Of a stretch of DNA of 56,958 nt, positions 6,841-16,425 are shown piece after piece. The translations under genes were made by a program, and so were the position numbers. The notes below the pieces were generated by a model that did no database searches, had not been told where the DNA came from, and saw only the letters and a program-made list of their open reading frames with translations. The stretch's first letter is position 1. Each line of letters opens with the position of its first letter. This stretch comes from Bacteroidales bacterium (GTDB taxonomy: Bacteria; Bacteroidota; Bacteroidia; Bacteroidales; P3). The DNA lies in the NCBI GenBank assembly GCA_009777915.1, contig WRKV01000001.1, forward strand, positions 1 to 56,958, in the 5' to 3' direction.

Positions 6841-8601
6841 CTAACATTTTTTACAACCTGCTTTTTTAACAGCCGGTTTTTTTGCAGCAACTTTTTTTAC
6901 TGCCGGTTTTTTAGCGGCAACTTTTTTTGCCGGAGCTGCTTTTTTTACAACTTTTTTAGCTGGAGCTGCTTTTTTTACAACTTTCTTAGCCGGTGCTGCT
7001 TTTTTCACAACTTTCTTAGCCGGTGCTGCTTTTTTTACAACTTTCTTAGCCGGAGCTGCTTTTTTTACAACTTTTTTAGCCGGTGCTGCTTTTTTTACAA
7101 CTTTCTTAGCCGGTGCTGCTTTTTTTACAACTTTTTTAGCCGGTGCTGCTTTTTTTACAACTTTTTTTGCAGGAGCTGCTTTTTTCACAACTTTCTTAGC
7201 CGGTGCTGCTTTTTTTACAACTTTTTTAGCCGGTGCTGCTTTTTTTACAACTTTTTTTACTGCTGGTTTTTTTGCTGCTGCTTTTTTCGCAGCTGGTTTT
7301 TTTGTTTCCATTTTTTTTGTTTTTTTGGTTGATAATTTAAGTTTGTTAACGTTTGTATTTTGATCTCCTTTTACGGATACTTTTGCTTTTTGTTTCGTTT
7401 TGGTTTCATTTTTTTCATTTTTTCCTTCCAAACGAATGATGAAATCCGATAAGATATTCATGTAGTTTATGAATGCATCATAAGGCGAGGCATAATGGCT
7501 GAAATACTTGTGAACATCGGCACTTGCGAGCCATTTCGTACACATGTAATACAGATTGTCACTCGTTTGTAAAAAGCCAAAATCTTTGTGAATTTCGGGG
7601 TCTTTATTTTTTTCAATTTTTTCGGTTAATTCATACAATTTTGAAAAGGTTTCGTTTTGCAATTCGTTACCTAACCAAGCTGTCAAATCACGTTCTTCGT
7701 CTGCCCATGAAATTGGAAATGGAACATGCACAGGAGCCTTTGGTGTCAAGGCTTTGCTGATTTCGGAAGGTGTCGAAAATTTGAATTTTGTACGCTTAAA
7801 AACGATATCCGGCAACACTTTGAAAAAATCAAAAATTCCGGTTTCTTTCAATTGATGTTCGCCAAAAGTTTCGTAATCCAAAAAGATATTTACGACCTCT
7901 TCTTTTTTGCCGAGTTGCAAAATCCAATCCACGTATTTCTCAGCGGTGAGAGGCCATCCCTTCCATTGCTGATCCGAAAAACGGAATGCAATATCATCAC
8001 TCAATTGATAATTTCTGAGCAAGATATTCAACTTCGGATTAATCGCATTGCAATACAAATAATTTGGAGATTTCCAACCTAAAATATGTTTTGCTCCTTC
8101 TGTAAGCATAGTGTCAAAGCCCATTTTGGAAACTCTTGCTCCGATTTCATCGGAATAAATTAATTCGGTATTTCGAAACGTGGTTGGTTTTTTTCCAAAC
8201 AATTTTTCAATACGTTCGCTATGTTTTTTAACTTGTTTTTCGAATTCCGAAGTTTCATTCAAAGAGGCTAAAGAATGATAATACGTTTCGGCGATAAACT
8301 CGACTTGTCCGGTCTTTGCTAACTTTTTGAAACTATCCAAAACGTGTGGTGCATACCATTCGAATTGATCCAAAGCCACTCCCGAAATCGACAAACTGAC
8401 ATTGAATTTTTTGCCATGTTTTTTAATCAATTCTAAGAGTAAATTATTCATTGGAATATAACAACGATCGGCGATACGATTGACCAGATATTGGTTCTGA
8501 TAATCGTCGTAATAGTTGTGTGCAACGCCCATTTCGAAGAAACGATAGTTTCGCAATCGCAACGGCTGGTGTACTTGGAAATAAAAACACAGGGCATTCA
8601 T
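6841..8601 (-). CDS. glycoside hydrolase family 57 (alpha-amylase/branching-type) with C-terminal Lys/Ala/Pro-rich histone-H1-like repeat tail
   Basis: 586 aa. N-terminus LCFYFQVHQPLRLRNYRFFEMG is typical of Bacteroidetes GH57. The last ~170 aa are AAKKPAVKK/KKAAPAKKVV repeats ending KKAGCKKC. Confidence 0.85.
   Translation of the reverse strand: MNALCFYFQVHQPLRLRNYRFFEMGVAHNYYDDYQNQYLVNRIADRCYIPMNNLLLELIKKHGKKFNVSLSISGVALDQFEWYAPHVLDSFKKLAKTGQVEFIAETYYHSLASLNETSEFEKQVKKHSERIEKLFGKKPTTFRNTELIYSDEIGARVSKMGFDTMLTEGAKHILGWKSPNYLYCNAINPKLNILLRNYQLSDDIAFRFSDQQWKGWPLTAEKYVDWILQLGKKEEVVNIFLDYETFGEHQLKETGIFDFFKVLPDIVFKRTKFKFSTPSEISKALTPKAPVHVPFPISWADEERDLTAWLGNELQNETFSKLYELTEKIEKNKDPEIHKDFGFLQTSDNLYYMCTKWLASADVHKYFSHYASPYDAFINYMNILSDFIIRLEGKNEKNETKTKQKAKVSVKGDQNTNVNKLKLSTKKTKKMETKKPAAKKAAAKKPAVKKVVKKAAPAKKVVKKAAPAKKVVKKAAPAKKVVKKAAPAKKVVKKAAPAKKVVKKAAPAKKVVKKAAPAKKVVKKAAPAKKVVKKAAPAKKVVKKAAPAKKVVKKAAPAKKVAAKKPAVKKVAAKKPAVKKAGCKKC
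6931..7260 (-). repeat. in-frame tandem repeat, 11 units of exactly 30 nt (cggWgctgctttttYacaactttYttWgc), plus degenerate units on both sides (6871-7300)
   Basis: Units start at 6931, 6961, ... 7231. They differ only at a few synonymous positions. Each encodes KKAAPAKKVV. Confidence 0.95.
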
Positions 8602-8609
8602 GACTGATA

Positions 8610-9902
8610 TTATTTGAGGTTAAGCGCTTTTTTATAGACCTTTATATTATTCAAAGCAGCGTTCTCCCATTTGAGGTTGTCAACCTCTTCCGCACCTTTT
8701 TCGCTGAATAATTTATGTAGAGAATCGTAGTGTAAAAGTCCATAAATAGAGTCTGCCATCGCATCAATGTCCCAAAAATCGACTTTCAATGCATGTTGCA
8801 AAATCTCTGCACATCCCGACTGGTTTGAGATTACAACAGGGACACGTGCACGCATCGCTTCCAAAGGAGAAATCCCAAAAGGTTCGGAAATAGAAGGCAT
8901 CACATACACGTCACTCATCATAAACATTCTATCCACATCTAAACCTTTCAAAAAACCGGTGAAATGAAATTTCGTTCCGATACCCAACTCTGCAACACGC
9001 CGAATGGTCTTGTTTAACAAGTCGCCCGAGCCTGCCATGACAAAACGAACGTTATCGTCTTTTTGCAAAACTCGATGTGCGGCTTCAACAAAATATTCCG
9101 GTCCTTTTTGAAATGTTACGCGTCCCAAAAATGTAACTATTTTTTCTTTGAAATGTTTTCCAACAACAATTTGTTTTTTATTTTCAATAGGTTCAACAGC
9201 ATTGTAAACCGTGAAAACCTTAGTGGGATCAACGCCATAGCGTTCAATCACAATCTGTCTGGTGAGATTACTTACCGTCATCACTTTATCGGCAGCGTGC
9301 ATACCTCGCCGTTCGATATCATAAACAACTTGGTTTACATTTTCACCGCTCCGATCGAATTCCGTTGCGTGAACATGAATCACCAAAGGCTTTCCGGAAG
9401 AGGCTTTTGCAGCAATTCCGGCTTCGTAGCACAACCAATCGTGAGCGTGAATCAAATCATAATCGTATTGCTCGGCAATGGTGCTTGCAACCATGGCATA
9501 TTGCATGACTTCTTCCATCAAATTGCTTTGATACTTTCCGGAAAAAGTAAATTTCCGTTTGTAAAATTCTTCTGCATCAGATGGGATTATGGTAGATTTT
9601 GATTTTTTTTCTAATCGTAAATAATCTTCAAAACCCATGTAGGGAACGAGATTCGAGCCGATTTCGATATAGGTCAGATTTCGCCAATAGGTTTGATAAA
9701 TGGTATTTCGATAATCGATTTCAACATCACTTGCATTCACAATTCGTGCTACCGAAGTATCTTCATCGCCATACGCTTTTGGAACCACAAAAATCACCTC
9801 CACGTCTTGTTTGAGCAAACCCTTAGCGAGCCCGTAACTTGCCGTGCCTAAACCTCCTGTGATGTGCGGAGGAAATTCCCAACCGAACATTAAAACTTTC
9901 AT
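8610..9902 (-). CDS. GT4-family glycosyltransferase (glycogen-synthase-like)
   Basis: Start taken at MKVLMFGWEFPPHITGGLG. ATGA overlap with the upstream gene's stop. Sits between the debranching enzyme and GH57. Confidence 0.8.
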   Translation of the reverse strand: MKVLMFGWEFPPHITGGLGTASYGLAKGLLKQDVEVIFVVPKAYGDEDTSVARIVNASDVEIDYRNTIYQTYWRNLTYIEIGSNLVPYMGFEDYLRLEKKSKSTIIPSDAEEFYKRKFTFSGKYQSNLMEEVMQYAMVASTIAEQYDYDLIHAHDWLCYEAGIAAKASSGKPLVIHVHATEFDRSGENVNQVVYDIERRGMHAADKVMTVSNLTRQIVIERYGVDPTKVFTVYNAVEPIENKKQIVVGKHFKEKIVTFLGRVTFQKGPEYFVEAAHRVLQKDDNVRFVMAGSGDLLNKTIRRVAELGIGTKFHFTGFLKGLDVDRMFMMSDVYVMPSISEPFGISPLEAMRARVPVVISNQSGCAEILQHALKVDFWDIDAMADSIYGLLHYDSLHKLFSEKGAEEVDNLKWENAALNNIKVYKKALNLK

Positions 9903-11878
9903 TTTTTGGATTTTTGTTGAGATGCACGGTCTTGCATCTGTGCGATGATTTGATTTATTCTTAACAATGCTCCAACGCTCCAAGCCTGTGATACCGCACC
10001 TTTCGGACGATGTGGCGGGTCTCCGTCGTAAACTTCAGCGACAGATCCGATGCCATATTCGGACATGGTTTGTTCGAATGCATGATAGATATTTTTGATA
10101 AAATCTAATTTGGATTCGCCATACGCTTTCATGTATCCTTCCGCAAAAAACTGCAACTGCCAAACCCAAACGGTTCCTTGATGATACGCCATGTCGCGTT
10201 GAAAAGCGTTGCCTTCGTAAACAAATTTATAGTTCGGATCATTGGGCGAAAGTGTTCGAAGCCCGTGTGGTGTGAGCAATTCTTGACGAACTTTTTCCAA
10301 AACCAACTGTGAAACTCGTACACTGATAGGCGAATAAGGTAGTCCGGTTGCAATCACTTGATTCGGACGAACCGTAAAATCTTTATGTCCGTCATTCACA
10401 CAATCGGCTAAATATCCTTTTTCTTTATCCCAAAACATTTCTTTGAAAACGTTTGGAAATTCTTGCATCAGCGGTTCCCATTCGTTCACAAATTTAGTAT
10501 CTTTTGCAAGTTTTGCAGTTTCGATGGCAAACATCACAGCATTATACCAAAGTGCGTTAACCTCAACAACAAAGCCTGTTCGCGGTGTAACGACAATCCC
10601 TTCGGCAATAGCGTTCATCCAAGTCAACGGTTGTCCTGCGGCTCCACCATAAATCAATCCGTTTGGAATCATGTGAACCTGATGATGCGATCCGTATTTA
10701 TACATATTTAATATAGACACCATCGTTTCGCCATATATTTTCCAAATCTTTTTTTGTGTTTTGGTGTGAGTGGCATATTGTTGCAATGCCCAGAAAAACC
10801 AAAGTTGTGTGTCGATTCCGCTATAAGTTTTTTGTCTTGCAGACGGATCGTCCGGAAACCAACCGTTGTGTAATTTGGAAATCATGTTGTCCAAAACTTC
10901 TTTGCATAATTCTTCGTCACCGGAGGTCAACGTTAAACCCGGCAAAGCAATAAATGTATCTCGACTTCGACATCCAAACCAAGGAAAACCTGCGATTACA
11001 TTTAGACCGTTTTCATTTTTTACAAAAAATTGTCGTGCTGCATTTTTCAAACAACCTTCGAAACAGTCTCTCGGAATTCTGTTTTTGGCTTCATCGGCAA
11101 ACATTTTTTTCAATGTTGTTTCGGGTTTTTCGATTTCTTCCAATCCAACCGAAAAATAAATGCTTTCACCTTTTTTGATTTCGATTTCGAATGTTCCGGG
11201 AACATATAAATCTTCCAAACCTTCGTAGCCTCTGTCGAGTTCTTTTTGATACTCTATATTATGGTGCCAATTCGGATCGTGTTTGTATTCGGCTTTTTTG
11301 GAAAGTTGCATATACAAGTGCGGATATGCATCGTACATTCGCGTGCGAATTCCATTTTTAATTGTTTCGAAAGATTTATTGACGTTATCATTTGCTTTAC
11401 TCAATAAATGTATATTTCGAAAAGCTAAAAAAGGTTTGACAATTAATTTTGTTTTCGAGTGTGCATCTTCCAAAGTGTATTTTATGATCACACAATCTTT
11501 GTCGGTTGCATAAAGAGATTCTTTTGAAAAAAGAACGCCGCCAACATTGTATGTTCTTTTTGGAAGAGGAGTGAGAACATATTCGCGAAGATATTTATGT
11601 CCTTTCGGAGAAAATTTTCCGCCTTCGAATTGATGCAAACCTAAATTAAATTGTTCGCCATGTTGTTCAATTGATTCATCAACGGAAGACAACAAAACAT
11701 GTTTTTCATCATCAATATTCGGAACCGGACAAACCAGCAAACCGTGATATTTTCTGGTGTTACAGTGAATCAATGACGTACACGAATGCGAGCCGCTACG
11801 ATTCACACGCAACAATTCTTTGTTGAGAGAGTACTCTAAATTTACTAATTGATGTCTATCGAAATTAATGTAACTCAT
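9899..11878 (-). CDS. glycogen debranching enzyme (GDE N-terminal plus amylo-alpha-1,6-glucosidase domains)
   Basis: 659 aa. RKYHGLL, QGTVWVWQ and AWSVGALLR type motifs of the archaeal/bacterial GDE family. Confidence 0.82.
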   Translation of the reverse strand: MSYINFDRHQLVNLEYSLNKELLRVNRSGSHSCTSLIHCNTRKYHGLLVCPVPNIDDEKHVLLSSVDESIEQHGEQFNLGLHQFEGGKFSPKGHKYLREYVLTPLPKRTYNVGGVLFSKESLYATDKDCVIIKYTLEDAHSKTKLIVKPFLAFRNIHLLSKANDNVNKSFETIKNGIRTRMYDAYPHLYMQLSKKAEYKHDPNWHHNIEYQKELDRGYEGLEDLYVPGTFEIEIKKGESIYFSVGLEEIEKPETTLKKMFADEAKNRIPRDCFEGCLKNAARQFFVKNENGLNVIAGFPWFGCRSRDTFIALPGLTLTSGDEELCKEVLDNMISKLHNGWFPDDPSARQKTYSGIDTQLWFFWALQQYATHTKTQKKIWKIYGETMVSILNMYKYGSHHQVHMIPNGLIYGGAAGQPLTWMNAIAEGIVVTPRTGFVVEVNALWYNAVMFAIETAKLAKDTKFVNEWEPLMQEFPNVFKEMFWDKEKGYLADCVNDGHKDFTVRPNQVIATGLPYSPISVRVSQLVLEKVRQELLTPHGLRTLSPNDPNYKFVYEGNAFQRDMAYHQGTVWVWQLQFFAEGYMKAYGESKLDFIKNIYHAFEQTMSEYGIGSVAEVYDGDPPHRPKGAVSQAWSVGALLRINQIIAQMQDRASQQKSKK

Positions 11879-11885
11879 GATGATG

Positions 11886-11893
11886 CAAAGTTA
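11886..11893 (-). promoter_or_regulatory. -7 promoter box TAacTTTG, only 7 nt from the ATG
   Basis: The minus strand reads TGTAACTTTGCATCATCATG. Confidence 0.5.
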
Positions 11894-11925
11894 CATTTTT
11901 TTTTTCACATGGTAATCAATTTGCG

Positions 11926-11967
11926 AAAAAGTTATTAACAGAAAAACACTGCAAAATTGTTAATAAC
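11926..11967 (-). terminator. putative intrinsic terminator after ftsE
   Basis: 10-bp arms gttattaaca/tgttaataac with a 17-nt loop, followed by TTTTT on the minus strand. Confidence 0.5.
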
Positions 11968-12032
11968 GTTAATCAAAAAAATTACGATTTTTTTGAATTA
12001 CGAATTGCAAAAAAAAATTTGATTTTGAAAAA

Positions 12033-12701
12033 TTACAATTCTTGATGAAGTATTTTTCCGTGATCGCAAACTAAAATTTTTGAAGGATATTTGCTGATCA
12101 TGATGAAGTCGTGAGTCGCTACAATCACGGTTCTCCCGGTTTTTGAAATTTGAATTAAGAGTTGAATAATTTCTTCGGAAGTATCGGGATCTAAATTTCC
12201 GGTTGGTTCGTCTGCTAAAATTATTTCCGGATCATTTAGCAATGCTCTTGCGATCGCAACACGTTGTTGTTCTCCTCCGGAAAGTTGATGAGGCATCTTA
12301 AAATGTTTGGTTTCCAAACCAACTTTTGAAAGAACATCTTCGATACGTTCGTTGATTTCTTTTTCGTTTTTCCATCCGGTAGACTTCAAAACAAATTTCA
12401 AATTTTGTTTAACATTTCTATCCGACAACAATTGAAAATCTTGAAAAACGATTCCGAGTTTTCGTCTTAAAAACGGAATTTCTTTTGGAGAGATATTTTT
12501 CAAATTAAATCCTGCGATGTCTACATTGCCTTCTTTTACGGGGATATCCGCGTAAAGCGTTCGAAGTAGAGAACTCTTTCCGGTTCCTGTTTTTCCGATG
12601 AGATAAATAAATTCGCCAGGGAAAACTTCGATATTGACATCGGAGAGAATTAAATTATCTTTTTGGAAAACGTTTAGATCTGTAGTTTTTATTACGGACA
12701 T
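12033..12701 (-). CDS. ftsE: cell-division ABC transporter ATP-binding protein FtsE
   Basis: 222 aa. Walker [10 protein letters not shown], signature LSGGEQQR, Walker [12 protein letters not shown]. Size and sequence typical of FtsE. Confidence 0.85.
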   Translation of the reverse strand: MSVIKTTDLNVFQKDNLILSDVNIEVFPGEFIYLIGKTGTGKSSLLRTLYADIPVKEGNVDIAGFNLKNISPKEIPFLRRKLGIVFQDFQLLSDRNVKQNLKFVLKSTGWKNEKEINERIEDVLSKVGLETKHFKMPHQLSGGEQQRVAIARALLNDPEIILADEPTGNLDPDTSEEIIQLLIQISKTGRTVIVATHDFIMISKYPSKILVCDHGKILHQEL

Positions 12702-12704
12702 TTT

Positions 12705-15700
12705 TTATTGTTCTAATTTTTCTAAAATAAGTTGCAGTTGTTTTTCAAGTTCGTTAATACGATTTTGTTGTCTACGCAATTCGTCGGAATTGTAATCGTT
12801 GATAAAATTAATTTGTCGTTCGAGATTTTGAATTCGCATACGTTGCTGATCGATTTCTGTTTGTTGGTCTTGATTGATTTTCCAAAGCACAGGAATAAAT
12901 CCGGTATAGTTGATACCCAATCCTTCCATAGGTCCGATTTCATAAACCAAATGCGGAAAATACGGTATCACATCTTGTGCCATGAATCCCCATTGAAAAC
13001 TATTGGTTTCGTCGTCTTCCCACACATACGAATGCGGACGAACTTTGTATAAATAATCTTCCATTCCGGATGGCAAAGGCTTGATATTGCGTTTGAATTT
13101 TTTGTCGGACGTGAGAATCATTCCACCTCGAGCAAAGATATAGCCGGTAGTGTTGGAGTGCGTTGGACTCTGTATCCAGCCATTAGGAGCTGATCCTGAT
13201 CCCCAAGAATTAGTTGTTCCATTTCCCATAACATAGATGTTTCCACCTCTGTGGTTGCTATTGCCAACCACCAATATCGCAGCCGCCGAATCAGTAATGT
13301 ATGAATTAGGAAAGCCTTGTGGGCGATTGTTAGTTGCAGTTCCTACGTAATAATCAAGTTTATTTCCTGCGGAGTTAAGTTGTAATAACCCCGGTTGATT
13401 GGGACCTATATTGGTGGCACCCAAAATAGCACCCCGAGCGAAAATAAAACTACCACTCCGAAGTCCGGCAGCTGTTGCATCGCTTGTTTCAACAAACTCG
13501 GTAGATGATGCTTGACCGTCAGAGTTAAGAACCGGCACGGAGTCGGCACGAACAAACTCTACCCCGCCATGCTGCAAACTGCGTCTTGCCCCAATAAAAA
13601 GATTGGAAGCAATATCCATATAAATCAAGTTAAAAGAAGGTCTATTAGTAGGCGGCACACCGACAGGTGGGGATGTGGGAGGAGTGATGATAAGAGCCGG
13701 ATAAGCTGAGGTCCAACTGTCCCCACGGGGCGTGAATGGAGAAATAAGCATATTTGGTGTTCCGATAGTAATAATACCTCCGGAAAAACGAGTAGATGAA
13801 CCGGGAAGCCCATATCCGGGCACCCATTGGGTACCATTCCTCTCGATATTGTTTCCGATGCTGATGTGAGGTCTCAATTGCCCTGTGCCATCTACACGAA
13901 CAGAATGGCTAATGTTCTGTCCTATAGCAATGGTATTGCCTATATTGGTTTCGATATTGTTACCAATGTTTACAGATCTATGGGGTCCTTCTCCGTACAT
14001 CGGAGTCTTAAAAAGAGAGATGTCATTTCCAATGGCGATCGTATGAGAATTTCGAAACGTATTGGGACTTCCTCCATATCTTCCGAAATTGTTTCCGATA
14101 AAAATACTGTTTTGTACGGAGTTAGTGAGAGCATGTGTGGCTTCATCACCTGCAAAATCAATATCGTGTCCGATGACGATATTATTGGTACTATAATCTG
14201 CTCCATAGTCGTAACTTTTATTACGGCGTCCGATAAAAATAGAACTTTTACTTGCATCAAGGTCGTTACCAATGGCGATGGCATCATCGTCGTATGAAGT
14301 GTTGTTACTTCCGACAAGGATATTGTCTAACGACTCTAATCCGATAGTATTGTTTTTTCCGACCATAATACTCATTCGATTGTTGTATATGTGAGGATCC
14401 CCGCCGGTTAGAGTATTCTCTTCTCCCAAAATCAAAACATCAGATGCTCTCCAAACTGTATTTTTTGTTCCAAAAACAAAAACAAATTCTTCACTGTCTT
14501 CAATAATGTTATCATGTCCGGCAACGATAGAAAAAGCATCTCGATAATCGGTAAGCGTAAACTCATTTGCACCTCCTACAATGCTGACAGCACCTGCGTT
14601 GTAGATTACGTTTTCTTCTCCTACGACAAAAGAGTTGTCTGCGGAAAGAATGTCGTTATTAATTCCTATACTGAACAAATTATCTCCGTCTACTCTGCTA
14701 TCTTTTCCGATAGCAAAATTACCGGGTTCGGAGACGTAGTTGTCAATATAAAGATTTCGACCGAGTCCGAAACTTCCCTCACCTTTTGCAATAACATTGG
14801 TTCCCATTCCAATAGTATTTGCACCGATATTACTGCTGTTCCATGCATCGTTGAATAAGGGAGATGATGCTTCGGCATTATCTGAACGACCTGCACGAAA
14901 TGCTTGTTCATTATTTATCCAATAGATACCCTTACTTTCTGTTGCAGGAACTGTCGGATCACCGCCAATAATCACATCTCCGGTATTGCGGTTTCTTAGG
15001 TTTTCTCCGGTTCTAAGCCAATTTGTATCGGCATCGCCGGAACCACCACCACCACTGCCACCATCGACCCAAATCAGCGAATCGCCGGTTGCGTTGAGAG
15101 CCAGATATTTTCCCGGATCACCTGCTTCGTTTGGAAAAATATAATTGTTGATTCGTAACGTTTTGTTGTGTCCGATAACGATATTCGAATCGGCATTTTG
15201 CGACATGGACGAACTCACTAATGCACCCGACACTCCGGCATCATCGCTGTAAAAAGGAATAACATGATCGTCCAAATCGTAGACAATGCTGGTAGTTCCA
15301 CCACTTCCATGAGCATAAAGAGCGTAAGGAACACTGAGCAATTCCGTTACTCCCAAATTGGTGTATCCGGTGTTGTCAATATCAATTTCCAACTGTACAA
15401 AATAAGAACCTGCACCCCAATCAATCTGATCAAATCGTCGCGACGAAAGTCGATTTCCTCGACCGATGTTGAAATTAAGCATTCCAAGATTGTTACTTCG
15501 AAGAGAAGTCCACTCTTCTCTGTAAGTTTCCAGATAGCCGCCATGGTCGTCGAGGAGAACACTAATTCTTACTCGAACATTTTTATCTGCCACGACTGCA
15601 CCGTCAATATCTCTAACTACGGCTTGATATTTGATTGCTTGAGGAGGTTGTGCAAAGACAACCGAAGTCATCAAACAAATTGCGGAGAAATAGAAAATTT

Positions 15701-15707
15701 TTTTCAT
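12705..15707 (-). CDS. secreted tail-fibre-like / YadA-head-like repeat protein with C-terminal peptidase-S74 intramolecular chaperone domain and coiled coil
   Basis: 1000 aa with a signal peptide. N-terminal module AIKYQAVVRD...SVPYALYA. GGSGGGGSG linker. More than 15 degenerate xxIaIGxNxx repeats. C-terminus SDKKFKRNIKPL...YVWEDDE...WGFMAQDV...INYTGFIPVL matches the endosialidase-chaperone (S74) pattern (about 12708-13109). Confidence 0.75.
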   Translation of the reverse strand: MKKIFYFSAICLMTSVVFAQPPQAIKYQAVVRDIDGAVVADKNVRVRISVLLDDHGGYLETYREEWTSLRSNNLGMLNFNIGRGNRLSSRRFDQIDWGAGSYFVQLEIDIDNTGYTNLGVTELLSVPYALYAHGSGGTTSIVYDLDDHVIPFYSDDAGVSGALVSSSMSQNADSNIVIGHNKTLRINNYIFPNEAGDPGKYLALNATGDSLIWVDGGSGGGGSGDADTNWLRTGENLRNRNTGDVIIGGDPTVPATESKGIYWINNEQAFRAGRSDNAEASSPLFNDAWNSSNIGANTIGMGTNVIAKGEGSFGLGRNLYIDNYVSEPGNFAIGKDSRVDGDNLFSIGINNDILSADNSFVVGEENVIYNAGAVSIVGGANEFTLTDYRDAFSIVAGHDNIIEDSEEFVFVFGTKNTVWRASDVLILGEENTLTGGDPHIYNNRMSIMVGKNNTIGLESLDNILVGSNNTSYDDDAIAIGNDLDASKSSIFIGRRNKSYDYGADYSTNNIVIGHDIDFAGDEATHALTNSVQNSIFIGNNFGRYGGSPNTFRNSHTIAIGNDISLFKTPMYGEGPHRSVNIGNNIETNIGNTIAIGQNISHSVRVDGTGQLRPHISIGNNIERNGTQWVPGYGLPGSSTRFSGGIITIGTPNMLISPFTPRGDSWTSAYPALIITPPTSPPVGVPPTNRPSFNLIYMDIASNLFIGARRSLQHGGVEFVRADSVPVLNSDGQASSTEFVETSDATAAGLRSGSFIFARGAILGATNIGPNQPGLLQLNSAGNKLDYYVGTATNNRPQGFPNSYITDSAAAILVVGNSNHRGGNIYVMGNGTTNSWGSGSAPNGWIQSPTHSNTTGYIFARGGMILTSDKKFKRNIKPLPSGMEDYLYKVRPHSYVWEDDETNSFQWGFMAQDVIPYFPHLVYEIGPMEGLGINYTGFIPVLWKINQDQQTEIDQQRMRIQNLERQINFINDYNSDELRRQQNRINELEKQLQLILEKLEQ

Positions 15708-15718
15708 ATAGGACTGTT

Positions 15719-16303
15719 CTAAAATTTTACGATTTTGTGAGTTTCAATAAAACCCCTTGCAGGGTCTGTTATTCTTAAAATATAAGTAGATGGTTTTAAG
15801 TTGTTGAGTTGAATAAGCAGTTGTGAATTTTTTGCATTGTGCCGTTGCGAAAAAATTCGTTTGCCGTCTAAAGCATAAATTTCGAACAACAGATTTAAAT
15901 TTTCTTCAAAATTCCACTTCACGGAAAGGTTAGATACAAACGGATTGGGAAATACCGAAAAATGTTGTTTGATTTCCTCTTGATCTAAAACGGAAAAAAC
16001 GTAGTTGCTTATTTTAAGGAGTGATAAATTGTTGGGTAAACTTTGATGAAACCCTTGTGTGAGGCGTTTTTTGGAACCATGTAAGGGTTCTACAAAAACT
16101 TCTCCGATGCTCCATTCGAGAACCCAACGAGCCACTCCGGAAATTTCGTCGACCGCAGTGTCTAAAACTTTTCCCGAAGTCGTGAAGACATGTTGTCTCA
16201 TGGCATCAAGATCCAAGTCTACAACTTGTGCTTTGGTTTGTGTGGAAATTCCTGTAAACGATACAAAAAATATCACAAAATATGAGAGTTGTTTTTTCAG
16301 CAT
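15719..16303 (-). CDS. small secreted protein with T9SS type-A C-terminal sorting domain
   Basis: 194 aa with a signal peptide. The C-terminal ~80 aa FSVFPNPFVSNLSV...YILRITD...HKIVKF fit the Por secretion CTD pattern. Confidence 0.7.
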   Translation of the reverse strand: MLKKQLSYFVIFFVSFTGISTQTKAQVVDLDLDAMRQHVFTTSGKVLDTAVDEISGVARWVLEWSIGEVFVEPLHGSKKRLTQGFHQSLPNNLSLLKISNYVFSVLDQEEIKQHFSVFPNPFVSNLSVKWNFEENLNLLFEIYALDGKRIFSQRHNAKNSQLLIQLNNLKPSTYILRITDPARGFIETHKIVKF

Positions 16304-16329
16304 AGGGTGGGTTTATACGATAGAAAAGG

Positions 16330-16337
16330 CAAAGATA
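16330..16337 (-). promoter_or_regulatory. -7 promoter box TAtcTTTG (CTD protein - fibre - ftsE unit)
   Basis: caaagata on the + strand, 27 nt upstream of the ATG at 16303. Confidence 0.55.
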
Positions 16338-16364
16338 CGAAAAATAAATGGATTAAACAAGCAA

Positions 16365-16400
16365 TTTTTTTCATTTTTCATTTTTCATTTTTCATTTTTA
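16365..16400. repeat. tandem octamer TTTTTCAT x4 in the divergent promoter region
   Basis: Read directly as ttttttcatttttcatttttcatttttcattttta. Confidence 0.8.
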
Positions 16401-16404
16401 TTTG

Positions 16405-16412
16405 TATCTTTG
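16405..16412 (+). promoter_or_regulatory. -7 promoter box TAtcTTTG (tig-clpP)
   Basis: 14 nt upstream of the first ATG of tig. Confidence 0.55.
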
Positions 16413-16425
16413 CAATCCAAATTTT

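Noticed and set aside
6931-7260. A regular 30-nt periodic array that superficially resembles a CRISPR or minisatellite locus.
   Set aside because: There are no unique spacers. The array is contiguous, in frame and within a long ORF that continues into a GH57 catalytic domain. It is a coding tandem repeat.
9912-9935. The hairpin agatgca-cggtct-tgcatct at the debranching-enzyme/GT4 gene junction, resembling the tuf-leader hairpin at 33703-33717.
   Set aside because: The stem is only 6-7 bp and lies within coding sequence. Similarity to the other hairpin is limited to GATGCA/TGCATC, which is insufficient to claim an element.
16402-16425. N-terminal extensions in the ORF track that start at TTG or GTG. 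Examples: 16402 tig, 6713 porP, 21466 gyrB, 22364 mscL, 22913 manA, 32272 PPTase, 34267 rpsF, 39575 LTD, 45887 CYTH, 50372 nucleotidyltransferase, 52750 hutU and 9983 GT4.
   Set aside because: The extensions overlap TAnnTTTG promoter boxes, tRNAs or the upstream gene. They precede an in-frame ATG where the conserved N-terminus begins, so the starts were moved downstream.
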